64,000 nucleotides of DNA, from positions 89,784 through 153,783 of the forward strand of contig JAGQNR010000001.1 of assembly GCA_020427985.1 (NCBI GenBank). The letters run 5' to 3'. Of this stretch, positions 35,442 through 44,206 are shown in pieces; the first letter of the stretch is position 1; each line of letters opens with the position of its first letter. Position numbers and translations under genes: made by a program. This stretch comes from Candidatus Saccharimonadota bacterium (GTDB lineage Bacteria; Patescibacteriota; Saccharimonadia; Saccharimonadales; UBA4665). The notes under the pieces were generated by a model that saw only the letters and a program-made list of their open reading frames with translations, was not told where the DNA came from and did not search any database.

Positions 35442-35665
35442 TCTTCGTCTTTTGATTTCTTAAACAACTCGTAAAGCTTGTCGTAGTCTAATCCTTTAGT
35501 TTTTTCTGCCTGGAATGCAAATCGCTGCATGAATTTTAAGAAGGCGATCGCATAGTCACGATTTGCGTTCTCAGGTTCTTTGTATTTGAAGTAGTTAATA
35601 GCTGAAGCGATTGCTTGTTCGTCTTCATACATGTGTCGATCATGGAATGGGTCTGGATTAGTCAT
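35438..35665 (-). CDS. small hypothetical protein downstream of the PLD nuclease
   Basis: 75-aa ORF starting 1 nt after the nuclease stop. No family recognised. Confidence 0.5.
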   Translation of the reverse strand: MTNPDPFHDRHMYEDEQAIASAINYFKYKEPENANRDYAIAFLKFMQRFAFQAEKTKGLDYDKLYELFKKSKDED

Positions 35666-35666
35666 T

Positions 35667-36134
35667 TCAGCTCACTTTCATCAGGTATTTATTGAGTCCG
35701 ATAAACTTTATCAATGACTCTGCTTCAACAGCAGATACCGTCCTCCTCATTATCTCACAACTGTCGTAATACGATAGAATGTTTAAACTGCCTTCCCAGA
35801 AGATCTCTCTATCGATGATTGCGATCTTTCGGTGATGTTTGATGGTAAAAAGCACTTCAACATCGACACTCTGAAGCAACTCAATAGCTTCAAGTGCCTG
35901 TTGCTCATATTCATCATCATGTTCTTCTGGTGGGCGAGTGTTCACAATCACTTTTACACCTTTTTTCTGCAATCTTTGGAAGATAGGGAGTAAATCGAAA
36001 ACTCGATTGAGCCTAATAAACGGGCTTTCAATGAGTAACGTATCTCTACATCCATGAATGTCCTTCAAAAATGCTCGATCGAACGTCTTGTTGTCAAAGA
36101 GCCGCGAATATGCGGCGTTACCAATACTAAACAT
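35667..36134 (-). CDS. PLD-superfamily (single HKD, Nuc-like) nuclease
   Basis: HKD motif KHHRKIAIIDREIFWEGSLNILS. Size matches the small Nuc-type endonucleases. SD GGAGGG lies before ATG 36134 (the longer ORF reaches 36170). Confidence 0.75.
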   Translation of the reverse strand: MFSIGNAAYSRLFDNKTFDRAFLKDIHGCRDTLLIESPFIRLNRVFDLLPIFQRLQKKGVKVIVNTRPPEEHDDEYEQQALEAIELLQSVDVEVLFTIKHHRKIAIIDREIFWEGSLNILSYYDSCEIMRRTVSAVEAESLIKFIGLNKYLMKVS

Positions 36135-36385
36135 TGAATCCCTCCAAGTCTGGCAAATATACCTTGCCATCTTTTATAATCATACCTAAGACCTCGAACC
36201 TGTCTTTCAAGGCAAAGAGATCATCGAATAAGAGTTCCATAGAAATATGTGTGGGCTCACCAAAGATGACTTTTCTGATTCAGAAAGGTCATTTTTGTTT
36301 GGTGCGTAGGTGTAAAGTGGGCTAATTGTCGAGGTTCCAAAAGTTGCAGTAGTAGTATCGAACGTAAGCCCCTCTGGGAAAATCA

Positions 36386-36577
36386 TTGTATAAGACCATG
36401 CTGATGTTAGCTGACTCGATCCAGCACAACAGCACCATTAAAGAAGCCTGTAGATATGCAGGTATTAGTCGTAACACATACTATCGCTACTTGAGTAACG
36501 AAGTGTTTGCAGAGAAGATGAAAGCAGCAAGAGATAACCAGAACAAAGTGGTGTTTAATTTCTTTACAATAACCTAG
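36386..36577 (+). CDS. small HTH protein, 5'-truncated paralogue of 38989..39222
   Basis: MLMLADSIQHNSTIKEACRYAGISRNTYYRYL...NKVVFNFFTIT. An in-frame stop lies just upstream, only a TTG or internal ATG start is available, and no SD is present. It may be a remnant. Confidence 0.4.
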   Translation: MYKTMLMLADSIQHNSTIKEACRYAGISRNTYYRYLSNEVFAEKMKAARDNQNKVVFNFFTIT

Positions 36578-36822
36578 TAAACGCCCATGTTTTTGCTACG
36601 ATTTTGCAGACTTTAGAGTAAAGAAAGTATACAGATTATGAGTAAATGGCGTTAGCAGGTAAAAGTTCAGGAAAAAATTCGGGAACGATAGCTAGTACAA
36701 AAGCTAGTACATATAATGAACCGTTGGACGCCCTCTGTGGACTCTCTGGAGCGTCTAGGACAGGTTTTCGGGGCTTATATGAGTAAATACCCATCCCTGT
36801 GGATTCTGCTGTTTATCCCTGT
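36395..36822 (+). repeat. direct repeat copy 1 (HTH gene 3' part plus ~245-nt non-coding tail)
   Basis: Aligns end to end with 39037-39472. The non-coding tail is more similar than the coding part, for example an identical 40-mer GAGTAAATGGCGTTAGCAGGTAAAAGTTCAGGAAAAAATT. Confidence 0.85.
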
Positions 36823-36888
36823 AGCTATAATTTTTGATAAATGCTACACAATGGTTTACTATAAACAATAGCTAAAGAGGAGACGAAT

Positions 36889-38490
36889 ATGGGTCCCGCA
36901 GAAGGTACTGCATTTGAACGTTTTGGTGAGACAACAGAAGTCGATGCAGTTGAATCATTACTTGCAGGATATGCAACAGGTAATGACACTGTAAAAGAAG
37001 CCTCGTTCCACGCTTTTATAAATGGCGACCAGCAGGTTGCTGCTATCGGTCGTGACGCTATAGCAAGACTTGCACAAGCCGATCCATGGGTTGCTGCTGA
37101 GTTTACGTTCAATCTAATGGCAGAGTCTCAGAACTTTCATTATGGTGACTCTGACAGTCTGCGGGGATTAGACCCTGACGATTGTTGGGATATGGCAGCT
37201 ACCAGTGTGCCGTATGCTTCTGTGGAAGCTACGCATGAACTTGCTAAAGGCTTCTGTGTGTTAATGGACCAAGAGCGTAAATTCATAGGCACGTTGGCAC
37301 AATGTAATAACGTGGCTGCAAGTGCACTGCGAAATGGTTGTGCACCAGAAACAGTACAACTGGTAGTTCATAGAGGTGTTGAAGCTATTCAAAAAGAAGA
37401 CGAACGACTTGTTAATGAAGACCGTCGGCGAGTGGAGAACTTTTCTAAGGGCATGGGCAGTTTATGGCGTAAAGACCCCGAAGCAGCCACTAGAATTCAA
37501 GCTCGAATAGACGCTCATATACCAGGTGAACATATTGTTGACTCAATCAAAGGCTCTTATGACCACTCAAGCCTAGAAGAATACAAGTTTTTGAACCTAC
37601 TTGATATTACAAAAATGGCAAGTGTAGTTGGCAGTGAAGAAGATAGAAGCTATTTAACATCTATCTTAAAAAGAGTGCTCGGTAGACTTGACAGTAAGGA
37701 AGTCAAACCTTTTGTCCCTGAAATCATAGACACTTACCTTGCATTAGACGAGGCAAGCCAACAAACCATCAGCACAATACTTGCACAAAAGCTAAAGGCT
37801 AAAAAAGTCGCTGGAATAAGTGACATGAATGAGGCTACTTTGCGTGAAGTCGCTAAAAGACATCGTGATGAACGCTATGAGTATGATAATCCTGACCCAG
37901 AGTATTACAAACCTTCTCTGCCAACAGATACTCAATTATTCTGGCCAGGCGATGTGGTTGAAATGTTAGATACATCGGGCTACCAAGATATTTCGGGTCG
38001 ACCAGTGCATATAGAGAGTCGCCAAGTCATAAAAGACGTAAGCCATAACGTTTACCCACAAGCAGAAGATGAGGCTAAAAAACACTATGAAACCGAAAAC
38101 GATACCAGCGCAAGGGCGAACAATTTGCAGCTAGTTGAACGTGGTGAGTTATGGAAGTATTGCCACGGCGAAATTACAGAATTCACTGACCCGAAAGCCG
38201 CTTACGATTACGCTGTGAGAACGGTTGATTACCAATTTGTAAATGAGCTCGATTTATCTGAAAAAAATAAAGACAGTTACTTCCAAAGGAAATATCAAGA
38301 GTGGCGTAAAGAAGGTGTCCTTGAAGCGATTGAATTAGGATATGCAGATGGCTTTAAGATGGAGTCCCGTATATTAGTGGGAGGACGTGACATAGTAGCA
38401 GTAAGATTTAACGATCCTAAAATTTCCCAACTTATTGCGAATTCTACGTTGGCTGGATTTGGACGCCAAGCTCGTCAAGTAGCAGCCTAG
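36889..38490 (+). CDS. 533-aa hypothetical protein flanked by the direct repeats
   Basis: Long ORF with SD AAAGAGGAG and TATAAT upstream. No motif recognised. Confidence 0.7.
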   Translation: MGPAEGTAFERFGETTEVDAVESLLAGYATGNDTVKEASFHAFINGDQQVAAIGRDAIARLAQADPWVAAEFTFNLMAESQNFHYGDSDSLRGLDPDDCWDMAATSVPYASVEATHELAKGFCVLMDQERKFIGTLAQCNNVAASALRNGCAPETVQLVVHRGVEAIQKEDERLVNEDRRRVENFSKGMGSLWRKDPEAATRIQARIDAHIPGEHIVDSIKGSYDHSSLEEYKFLNLLDITKMASVVGSEEDRSYLTSILKRVLGRLDSKEVKPFVPEIIDTYLALDEASQQTISTILAQKLKAKKVAGISDMNEATLREVAKRHRDERYEYDNPDPEYYKPSLPTDTQLFWPGDVVEMLDTSGYQDISGRPVHIESRQVIKDVSHNVYPQAEDEAKKHYETENDTSARANNLQLVERGELWKYCHGEITEFTDPKAAYDYAVRTVDYQFVNELDLSEKNKDSYFQRKYQEWRKEGVLEAIELGYADGFKMESRILVGGRDIVAVRFNDPKISQLIANSTLAGFGRQARQVAA

Positions 38491-38988
38491 TCCTTAAGGA
38501 ATTACAGGTTACTAAGCCCGATATTGTATAATATATGTATGAGGTTGTTATCTTTCATCAGCCACTCGTACACAAGAATATAAATAATATACGTCGAAAA
38601 ACTAACTAGAGTACACCATAGTTCTACTAGCAGCAGGGTATTCTAATGACCACTGTTGTTTACCCAAGAGCTTGCGAGCTTCTTTGACTGATATGACCAG
38701 TTGGTTACTGATATTGTGTGGTGCATAGAGATGTGCCACGTTGGTTCTTTCTTGAACCACGAGAGCGACATATGGTCGGACCCCCACCTAGAATGCCGTA
38801 AACATTGTATCTGTCCTGGAATCAAAAGAACGCACCAGGTCAGACGGCTTCAAGTCTACTACTTAAAACAATCTGGTGTGGTACGTTCCATCTTTAATTA
38901 TACGCAACCATAATCGTTTTGTCAAGTAGAAATTAGTGCATTTGAGATAATAAGAACAGCGGTATTGTCGAAAACAAAAGGAGTTAAA

Positions 38989-39222
38989 ATGGAAATAAGA
39001 AAAGCTATAGGCAGAAAGCCCAAAGTCACTTATACTACCATGCTTAGACTTGCAGATGCAATTCAGCATAATAGTACAATCACGGAGGCGTGTCGTTGGA
39101 CAGGGATTAGTCGCACTACTTTCTTTTATTACATGCGGAATAACGAAGTATTTAGGGAGAAGATGGATGCCGCAAAAGAGAACCAAAATAAAGTGGTGTT
39201 TAGTTTCTTTACAATTACCTAG
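38989..39222 (+). CDS. small HTH DNA-binding protein (resolvase/terminase-small-subunit-type HTH)
   Basis: SD AAGGAG lies 6 nt before ATG 38989. TTMLRLADAIQHNSTITEACRWTGISRTTFFYYMRNNEVF. Confidence 0.6.
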   Translation: MEIRKAIGRKPKVTYTTMLRLADAIQHNSTITEACRWTGISRTTFFYYMRNNEVFREKMDAAKENQNKVVFSFFTIT

Positions 39223-39472
39223 AAAACACGCATGTTTTTGCTACGATTTCACATATTTTAGAGTACAGAAAGTATCACAGATAATGTGAGTAAATGGCGT
39301 TAGCAGGTAAAAGTTCAGGAAAAAATTTGGGAACGGTAACTAGGGCGAAAGCTAGTACAAATAGTGAACCGTTTTGAACGCCCTCTGTGGGCTTTCTAGA
39401 GCATCTAGGACGGGTTTTTAGTACGTTTATGAGGAAATACCCATCCCTGTGGATTTTGCTATTTATCCCTGT
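39037..39472 (+). repeat. direct repeat copy 2
   Basis: See copy 1. It ends 13 nt before the start of the IMPase-family gene. Confidence 0.85.
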
Positions 39473-39484
39473 TATTATGTTGTT

Positions 39485-40264
39485 ATGAATGACTACTTAG
39501 AATTTGCAAAACGAGTTGCATTGCAAGCTGGCGATATTATGCTTGAGCATTTCCATGCAGAAGTTGAACATAGAGAAAAGGCAGATAAAACCATTGTTAC
39601 CGTTGCTGATGAAGCGATAAATCAAATGGTTATTGACGAGGTCGAGAAGATATACCCTGAACATTCGGTATTCGGTGAAGAAGCAAGTAGGGATAAGCAG
39701 AGTGAGTTTGCCTGGGTCTGTGATCCCATTGACGGAACCGTACCTTATGCAAATGGGGTGCCCGTTTCGGTCTTTTCACTTGCATTAGTTAAAGACGGTG
39801 AGCCCATCATTGGTGTTGTATATGAACCGTTTATGAAGAGAATGTATACCGCAAAAAAAGGCGAAGGTGCATTTCTAAATGACGAGGCTATAAGCGTTAG
39901 TAACCTCGGTCTTGAGCGACACGCTACTTTGAACATTGAGTGGTGGCCCGAGGCAGAACATGACATAGATACAGCACTCCACAACATCTCGCTAGACACA
40001 AAGGTGTATGTCTTACATCTGGGGTGTGTAGTTAATGCAGCATGTTGGGTGGCATGGGGGCGCTATGAAGCCTGTGTCTTTGCTGGCACAAAAGGCAAAA
40101 ACGTAGATATTGCAGCCGTCAAAGTAATAGTTGAAGAAGCTGGTGGGAAAGTTACCGACATAAACGGTAATGAGCAGCGTTACGATGGGGATATTAACGG
40201 TGCAATCATCACTAATGGGAAAATACACGAAGAGTTGGTTGCAAAGATTAAGGAACAGCTATGA
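39485..40264 (+). CDS. inositol monophosphatase-family phosphatase
   Basis: Motifs WVCDPIDGT and VDIAAVKVIVEEAGG. TATTAT lies 6 nt before the ATG, so the gene looks leaderless. Confidence 0.85.
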   Translation: MNDYLEFAKRVALQAGDIMLEHFHAEVEHREKADKTIVTVADEAINQMVIDEVEKIYPEHSVFGEEASRDKQSEFAWVCDPIDGTVPYANGVPVSVFSLALVKDGEPIIGVVYEPFMKRMYTAKKGEGAFLNDEAISVSNLGLERHATLNIEWWPEAEHDIDTALHNISLDTKVYVLHLGCVVNAACWVAWGRYEACVFAGTKGKNVDIAAVKVIVEEAGGKVTDINGNEQRYDGDINGAIITNGKIHEELVAKIKEQL

Positions 40265-40752
40265 GCGAATACCACGACAAACGGGCTGTAGAGATTATCA
40301 GACAAATAAGGTATGCAACATTGGCTACCGTTACACCTGAAGGCTTACCCTGGAATAGCCCAGTTGCTCACGAGTATGATAATGACCTAAATATCTACTG
40401 GGTTTCAGATAAAGAAGGACAGCACTCTAAAAATGTTACGGCGAATAATAGAGTGTTTATTGTTATCTATGATTCAACAGTTCCAGAGGGTGATGGCGAA
40501 GGAGTCTATATTCAGGCAAACGTAGAACAAGTGACTGACCCTGAAGAAATTCTCAAAGTTAGGCGAATTAAAAAAGGTTCACATTTCGAACAGTCACCTG
40601 ATACTTTTCTGGGCGAGTCAATCCGCTATATGTACAAGGCTGTGCCTGAAAAAGTCTGGATGAATGACGCAGAAGTTACGGATGGCGTTTTTATACGTGA
40701 CTATCGTGTAGAAATATCACTTGAAACAATTAGAGGTCTGTTGAGTGAGTGA
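40261..40752 (+). CDS. pyridoxamine 5'-phosphate oxidase-family (FMN-binding split-barrel) protein
   Basis: 163 aa. ATLATVTPEGLPWNSPVAHEYDNDLNIYWVSDKEGQHSKNV is the typical N-terminal pattern. ATGA overlap with the previous gene. Confidence 0.7.
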   Translation: MSEYHDKRAVEIIRQIRYATLATVTPEGLPWNSPVAHEYDNDLNIYWVSDKEGQHSKNVTANNRVFIVIYDSTVPEGDGEGVYIQANVEQVTDPEEILKVRRIKKGSHFEQSPDTFLGESIRYMYKAVPEKVWMNDAEVTDGVFIRDYRVEISLETIRGLLSE

Positions 40753-41650
40753 AACCGTTTTAGGGCCCGAGCAACTTACTGATATATTTCACGACTATTC
40801 CGATGCCGACATTGTTGAAGCAACTCGTAGCACTGAAGCATTTGCAAATGAGGTCTACGACGTTACGGATTCTGCAGGTCAACGGTTCTTTCTCAAAATA
40901 CTAAAAACACAGTTACCTGAAGTTGTTGCTACTGAGGTGCAAATGCAACAGCGTCTTTTAGCCAGTGGTCTACGTACACCTGAGTATTTAGAAATTAAGT
41001 CAGGTGAGTATGTTGGAGATCATGGCGACATTCGTTTTATCTTGAGTAAGTATATCCCAGGCGAATCGCCAAGGGATGTAACACCTGAGTTAATTGAAAG
41101 CTTCGGAGCAACCCTAGCTAAGATACATGATGCACTTAAGGGCGTTGATATTCCACCTAGTAATATGCAGTGGTTAAATCCTGAGCGAGTACAGGAAGAC
41201 CTAGATGGCTATGAGGGCGATGTGAAACCAGAGCTTATTAAGCTCCTGGATGCAGGTAGAGTAATCTTTGACCGTAATCTACCTATGGCTGTAACACATG
41301 GTGATTTATGGATGAGTAATGTGTTTGCAGAAAACAACAATATCACTTCGGTATTTGACCTCGAAACGGCTGAGTACACGGTGCGATTGGTTGACTTAGC
41401 CCGTACATACACATCTATGAGATTTAATTCTGACTTGAGTTCCGATGAGATTATTAAGCTACTTACTAAGGGGTATGACTCTATTGCTGAAACACCCCTT
41501 ACATCTGAAGAACGAGCGAATTTCAATTTAGCCATAGTTTTTGTTGCTGGTGCTTGTGCAACATGGCACGCAGTACATGGCACAAGGTACAGAGACCCTT
41601 ACATCAAGTTTGGTGATGAGGCACTGACGGAAGGTATAAAGAATGAGTAG
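40745..41650 (+). CDS. aminoglycoside/choline/homoserine-kinase-type phosphotransferase (APH family)
   Basis: Brenner motif HGDLWMSNVF and DxE/DFG-like FDLETAEYTVRLVDLAR. GTG start overlaps the upstream gene by 8 nt. Confidence 0.8.
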   Translation: MSETVLGPEQLTDIFHDYSDADIVEATRSTEAFANEVYDVTDSAGQRFFLKILKTQLPEVVATEVQMQQRLLASGLRTPEYLEIKSGEYVGDHGDIRFILSKYIPGESPRDVTPELIESFGATLAKIHDALKGVDIPPSNMQWLNPERVQEDLDGYEGDVKPELIKLLDAGRVIFDRNLPMAVTHGDLWMSNVFAENNNITSVFDLETAEYTVRLVDLARTYTSMRFNSDLSSDEIIKLLTKGYDSIAETPLTSEERANFNLAIVFVAGACATWHAVHGTRYRDPYIKFGDEALTEGIKNE

Positions 41651-42323
41651 TTGGTGGCAATTTGGCGAAGGGAGTGGTCAGTTTGGTACGGATCTCGCTC
41701 TATATCAGATAAAGTGTGCGTTTTGTAACGAAGCTGGTAACTTTGAACTCACCCACCGTGAAACCAAGCAAAAGCCAAATTCTCGTAAAGTTCTGAATTT
41801 TGATACCTATAAGTGCGGTAACTGTGCAAACTTTGTAATGATATTCTGGTCACCCAGCGAAGACAGGGTAAGTGGGCATGGGTTACATGATTACATTGCA
41901 ACACCGTGGCCAAAAGGTATACGTGACGGTGAAGATTACTGGCCTACTGCTGCCCGTCGACATTGGAAACAAGCACACAGCAACTTAAATAACAGTAACT
42001 ATGATGCAGCAGCACTAATGGCACGTTCTGCCCTACAGGTTATTACTAGGGATAAGGGAGCTACAGGAAATACTCTCTATGAGGAGATTGAAATCTTAGC
42101 AACGAGCGGCGTACTTTCACCGACAATTAAGGATTGGTCGCACGAAGTCAGGGAGCTAGGTAATCCTGTGGCTCATGCTAATCCTGACGATGATGAAACG
42201 AGTGCCGAAGACGCAGAGGATATAGTTAAGTTTCTCGACTTCTTACTAAAATACCTATACGACCTGCCGAAGCAAATAAATGACTATCGTAGTAGGCGTA
42301 ACCCGCAAGAAGACGAAGAGTAG
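41643..42323 (+). CDS. zinc-ribbon + DUF4145 protein
   Basis: N-terminal CAFC...CGNC zinc ribbon. The C-terminal part is DUF4145-like (ARSALQVITRDKGA...LYEEIEILATSGVLSPTIKDWSHEVRELGNPVAH). It overlaps the kinase gene by 8 nt. Confidence 0.65.
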   Translation: MSSWWQFGEGSGQFGTDLALYQIKCAFCNEAGNFELTHRETKQKPNSRKVLNFDTYKCGNCANFVMIFWSPSEDRVSGHGLHDYIATPWPKGIRDGEDYWPTAARRHWKQAHSNLNNSNYDAAALMARSALQVITRDKGATGNTLYEEIEILATSGVLSPTIKDWSHEVRELGNPVAHANPDDDETSAEDAEDIVKFLDFLLKYLYDLPKQINDYRSRRNPQEDEE

Positions 42324-42478
42324 TAACTACGAAGAAAGTAGTACGTATACTTATAATGTATACGGTTCTACTCTAAGACGGAATGTATTCTGCTACTGTT
42401 ATTGCTCTCATGTAGCTATATACCTCTAGTAGTTCAGTACAGATTGCGTTCAATTTCGACTTCACATAGTTCACCAAG

Positions 42479-42512
42479 TAAATGCGCTCAGCCCTTTAGG
42501 GTTGGGCGCATT
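42479..42512 (+). terminator. probable rho-independent terminator of the four-gene operon
   Basis: AAATGCGC-TCAGCCC-TTTA-GGGTTGG-GCGCATTT forms a long hairpin, followed by ACTTTGC. Confidence 0.45.
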
Positions 42513-42722
42513 TACTTTGCTGAATTTTATCCAGCGGAAGCGAATCTGTAGGGTTCGTGAAATGAAGTGAAAGTCTGGAAAATCTTGCTTTTGCCAGAAT
42601 AAGCGAATGGAAATAGGGAGCAACGCGACCGCCTTCCCCGTAAGGTGACTTTAATGTGCAGAAGTACGTTGGCGCTACAATTTTGACTTTGGGGAATAGG
42701 CATAAGCAGGTACACTATACGC

Positions 42723-44150
42723 ATGGAAACATCTAAAATACCGCTAGATAATTATAAAAGAACCAAAATAATTGCTACTCTCGGTCCGGCTACCGATACG
42801 TATGATGCGGTCAAAAAACTTATTGCCGAAGGCGCAAACGGAATACGCTTAAATTTTAGTCATGGTAACCATGTTGAGCGAATAGAGCAAATAAAGAACA
42901 TTCGCAAAGCCAGCAAAGAACTCAACAAGCCAGTAGCCATCATTCAGGATTTGCAAGGACCCAAGATTCGGTTAGGCGACTTTGACGATGTCATTACTGT
43001 ACGGTCAGGAGAGTCGTTTCGTTTTAAGTATGGCTCCGACTGGGTGCAGGACGGCATTATTCCTACCCAATATGACCTGGCGAAAAAAATAAAAAGAGGC
43101 GAACGTCTATACCTGTACGATGGTAAAGTTCGCATGCAGGTAACAAGTGTTAAAGACAGCGTGGTGACAGCTCGTGCCGAAAATGACGGTATCTTGGTGC
43201 AGCGCAAAGGTATTAACCTACCCGACACTGACTTTGGTGGTGATGTTATAACTGCCAAAGACAAGGCCGACTTAGCTTTTGGAAGTGAACAAGATATCGA
43301 CTATGTTGCAATGAGCTTTATTCAATCGGCCAAGGATGTTGAAGTAATGCGTCGGATTATTAAAAATCTTGGGCCCGAGCGCAAAATTATTGCAAAAATA
43401 GAGACCAAATTGGCGGTAGAAAATTTGGATGAGATTGCCCAGACTGCCGATGCCATGATGGTAGCCCGCGGGGATTTAGCTATAGAAACAGTTGCCGAAA
43501 GCGTGCCGATTGTACAGAGGCAGATAATTGGTCTGGGGCTAAGATATGGTAAGCCGACCATTGTAGCTACGCAAATGCTTGCCAGTATGTCGGATATGCC
43601 AGAGCCGACACGCGCTGAAGTTTCGGATATTGCGACAGCTGTTTTACTGCAGGTTGACTGCGTTATGCTGAGCGACGAAACTGCTGTTGGCAAATATCCA
43701 ATCGAGGCGGTCAAAGTTATGAAACGGGTTATTGTTTACACCCAAACGCATTCGCCGCTTCGTACAGTGTTTAAGACCACAGCAGAGCCGGCCGAGACTA
43801 AGCAGCGAGCGATAAGCCACAGTATTATTGATTTGGCGGCAAATATTCATGCGGCTGCGATTGTAGCCGAAACCAAGTCTGGTGCTACGGCGATTCAAAT
43901 AGCTTCGGAGCGGCCAAATATACCTATCATAGCGGTGACAGACACAGCGCGAACTGCCCAACAACTCGCAATCGTCTATGATGTAAAGAGTTTTGTGCGT
44001 CCAGTTAGCAAAGACGCCGCTCAAAAATTGTCCACCTTTCTTCGTAGTCATAATGTGCTTAAAAAAGGTGATATCGTCGTACTAGTGAGCGGACAGTATC
44101 CAGGGGTAGTAGGTACAACTGACACTATTAAGGTCAGGCAGCTCGATTAG
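42723..44150 (+). CDS. pyk: pyruvate kinase
   Basis: 475 aa. TKIIATLGP, RLNFSHGNH, MVARGDLAIE. Confidence 0.95.
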   Translation: METSKIPLDNYKRTKIIATLGPATDTYDAVKKLIAEGANGIRLNFSHGNHVERIEQIKNIRKASKELNKPVAIIQDLQGPKIRLGDFDDVITVRSGESFRFKYGSDWVQDGIIPTQYDLAKKIKRGERLYLYDGKVRMQVTSVKDSVVTARAENDGILVQRKGINLPDTDFGGDVITAKDKADLAFGSEQDIDYVAMSFIQSAKDVEVMRRIIKNLGPERKIIAKIETKLAVENLDEIAQTADAMMVARGDLAIETVAESVPIVQRQIIGLGLRYGKPTIVATQMLASMSDMPEPTRAEVSDIATAVLLQVDCVMLSDETAVGKYPIEAVKVMKRVIVYTQTHSPLRTVFKTTAEPAETKQRAISHSIIDLAANIHAAAIVAETKSGATAIQIASERPNIPIIAVTDTARTAQQLAIVYDVKSFVRPVSKDAAQKLSTFLRSHNVLKKGDIVVLVSGQYPGVVGTTDTIKVRQLD

Positions 44151-44206
44151 CCCTTTGTGCGGCTGCAATTATAGAGTATAGTTATTACCATAAGCAGGGT
44201 GGTGCT

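Noticed and set aside
38602-38913. Short ORFs (38602..38787 -, 38643..38825 -, 38701..38913 +) between the 533-aa gene and HTH copy 2.
   Set aside because: They overlap one another and have no SD or motif. They could be remnants of a decayed gene, but I cannot support a call.
42517-42722. A non-coding stretch with a GGAA-containing hairpin (CCAGCGGAAGCG) and ORF 42527..42724 (-). I considered it as SRP RNA, 6S RNA or a small gene.
   Set aside because: The conserved SRP domain-IV sequence (GGAAGCAGCC context) and its symmetric loop are not present. The ORF has no SD and overlaps the pyk promoter and start region.
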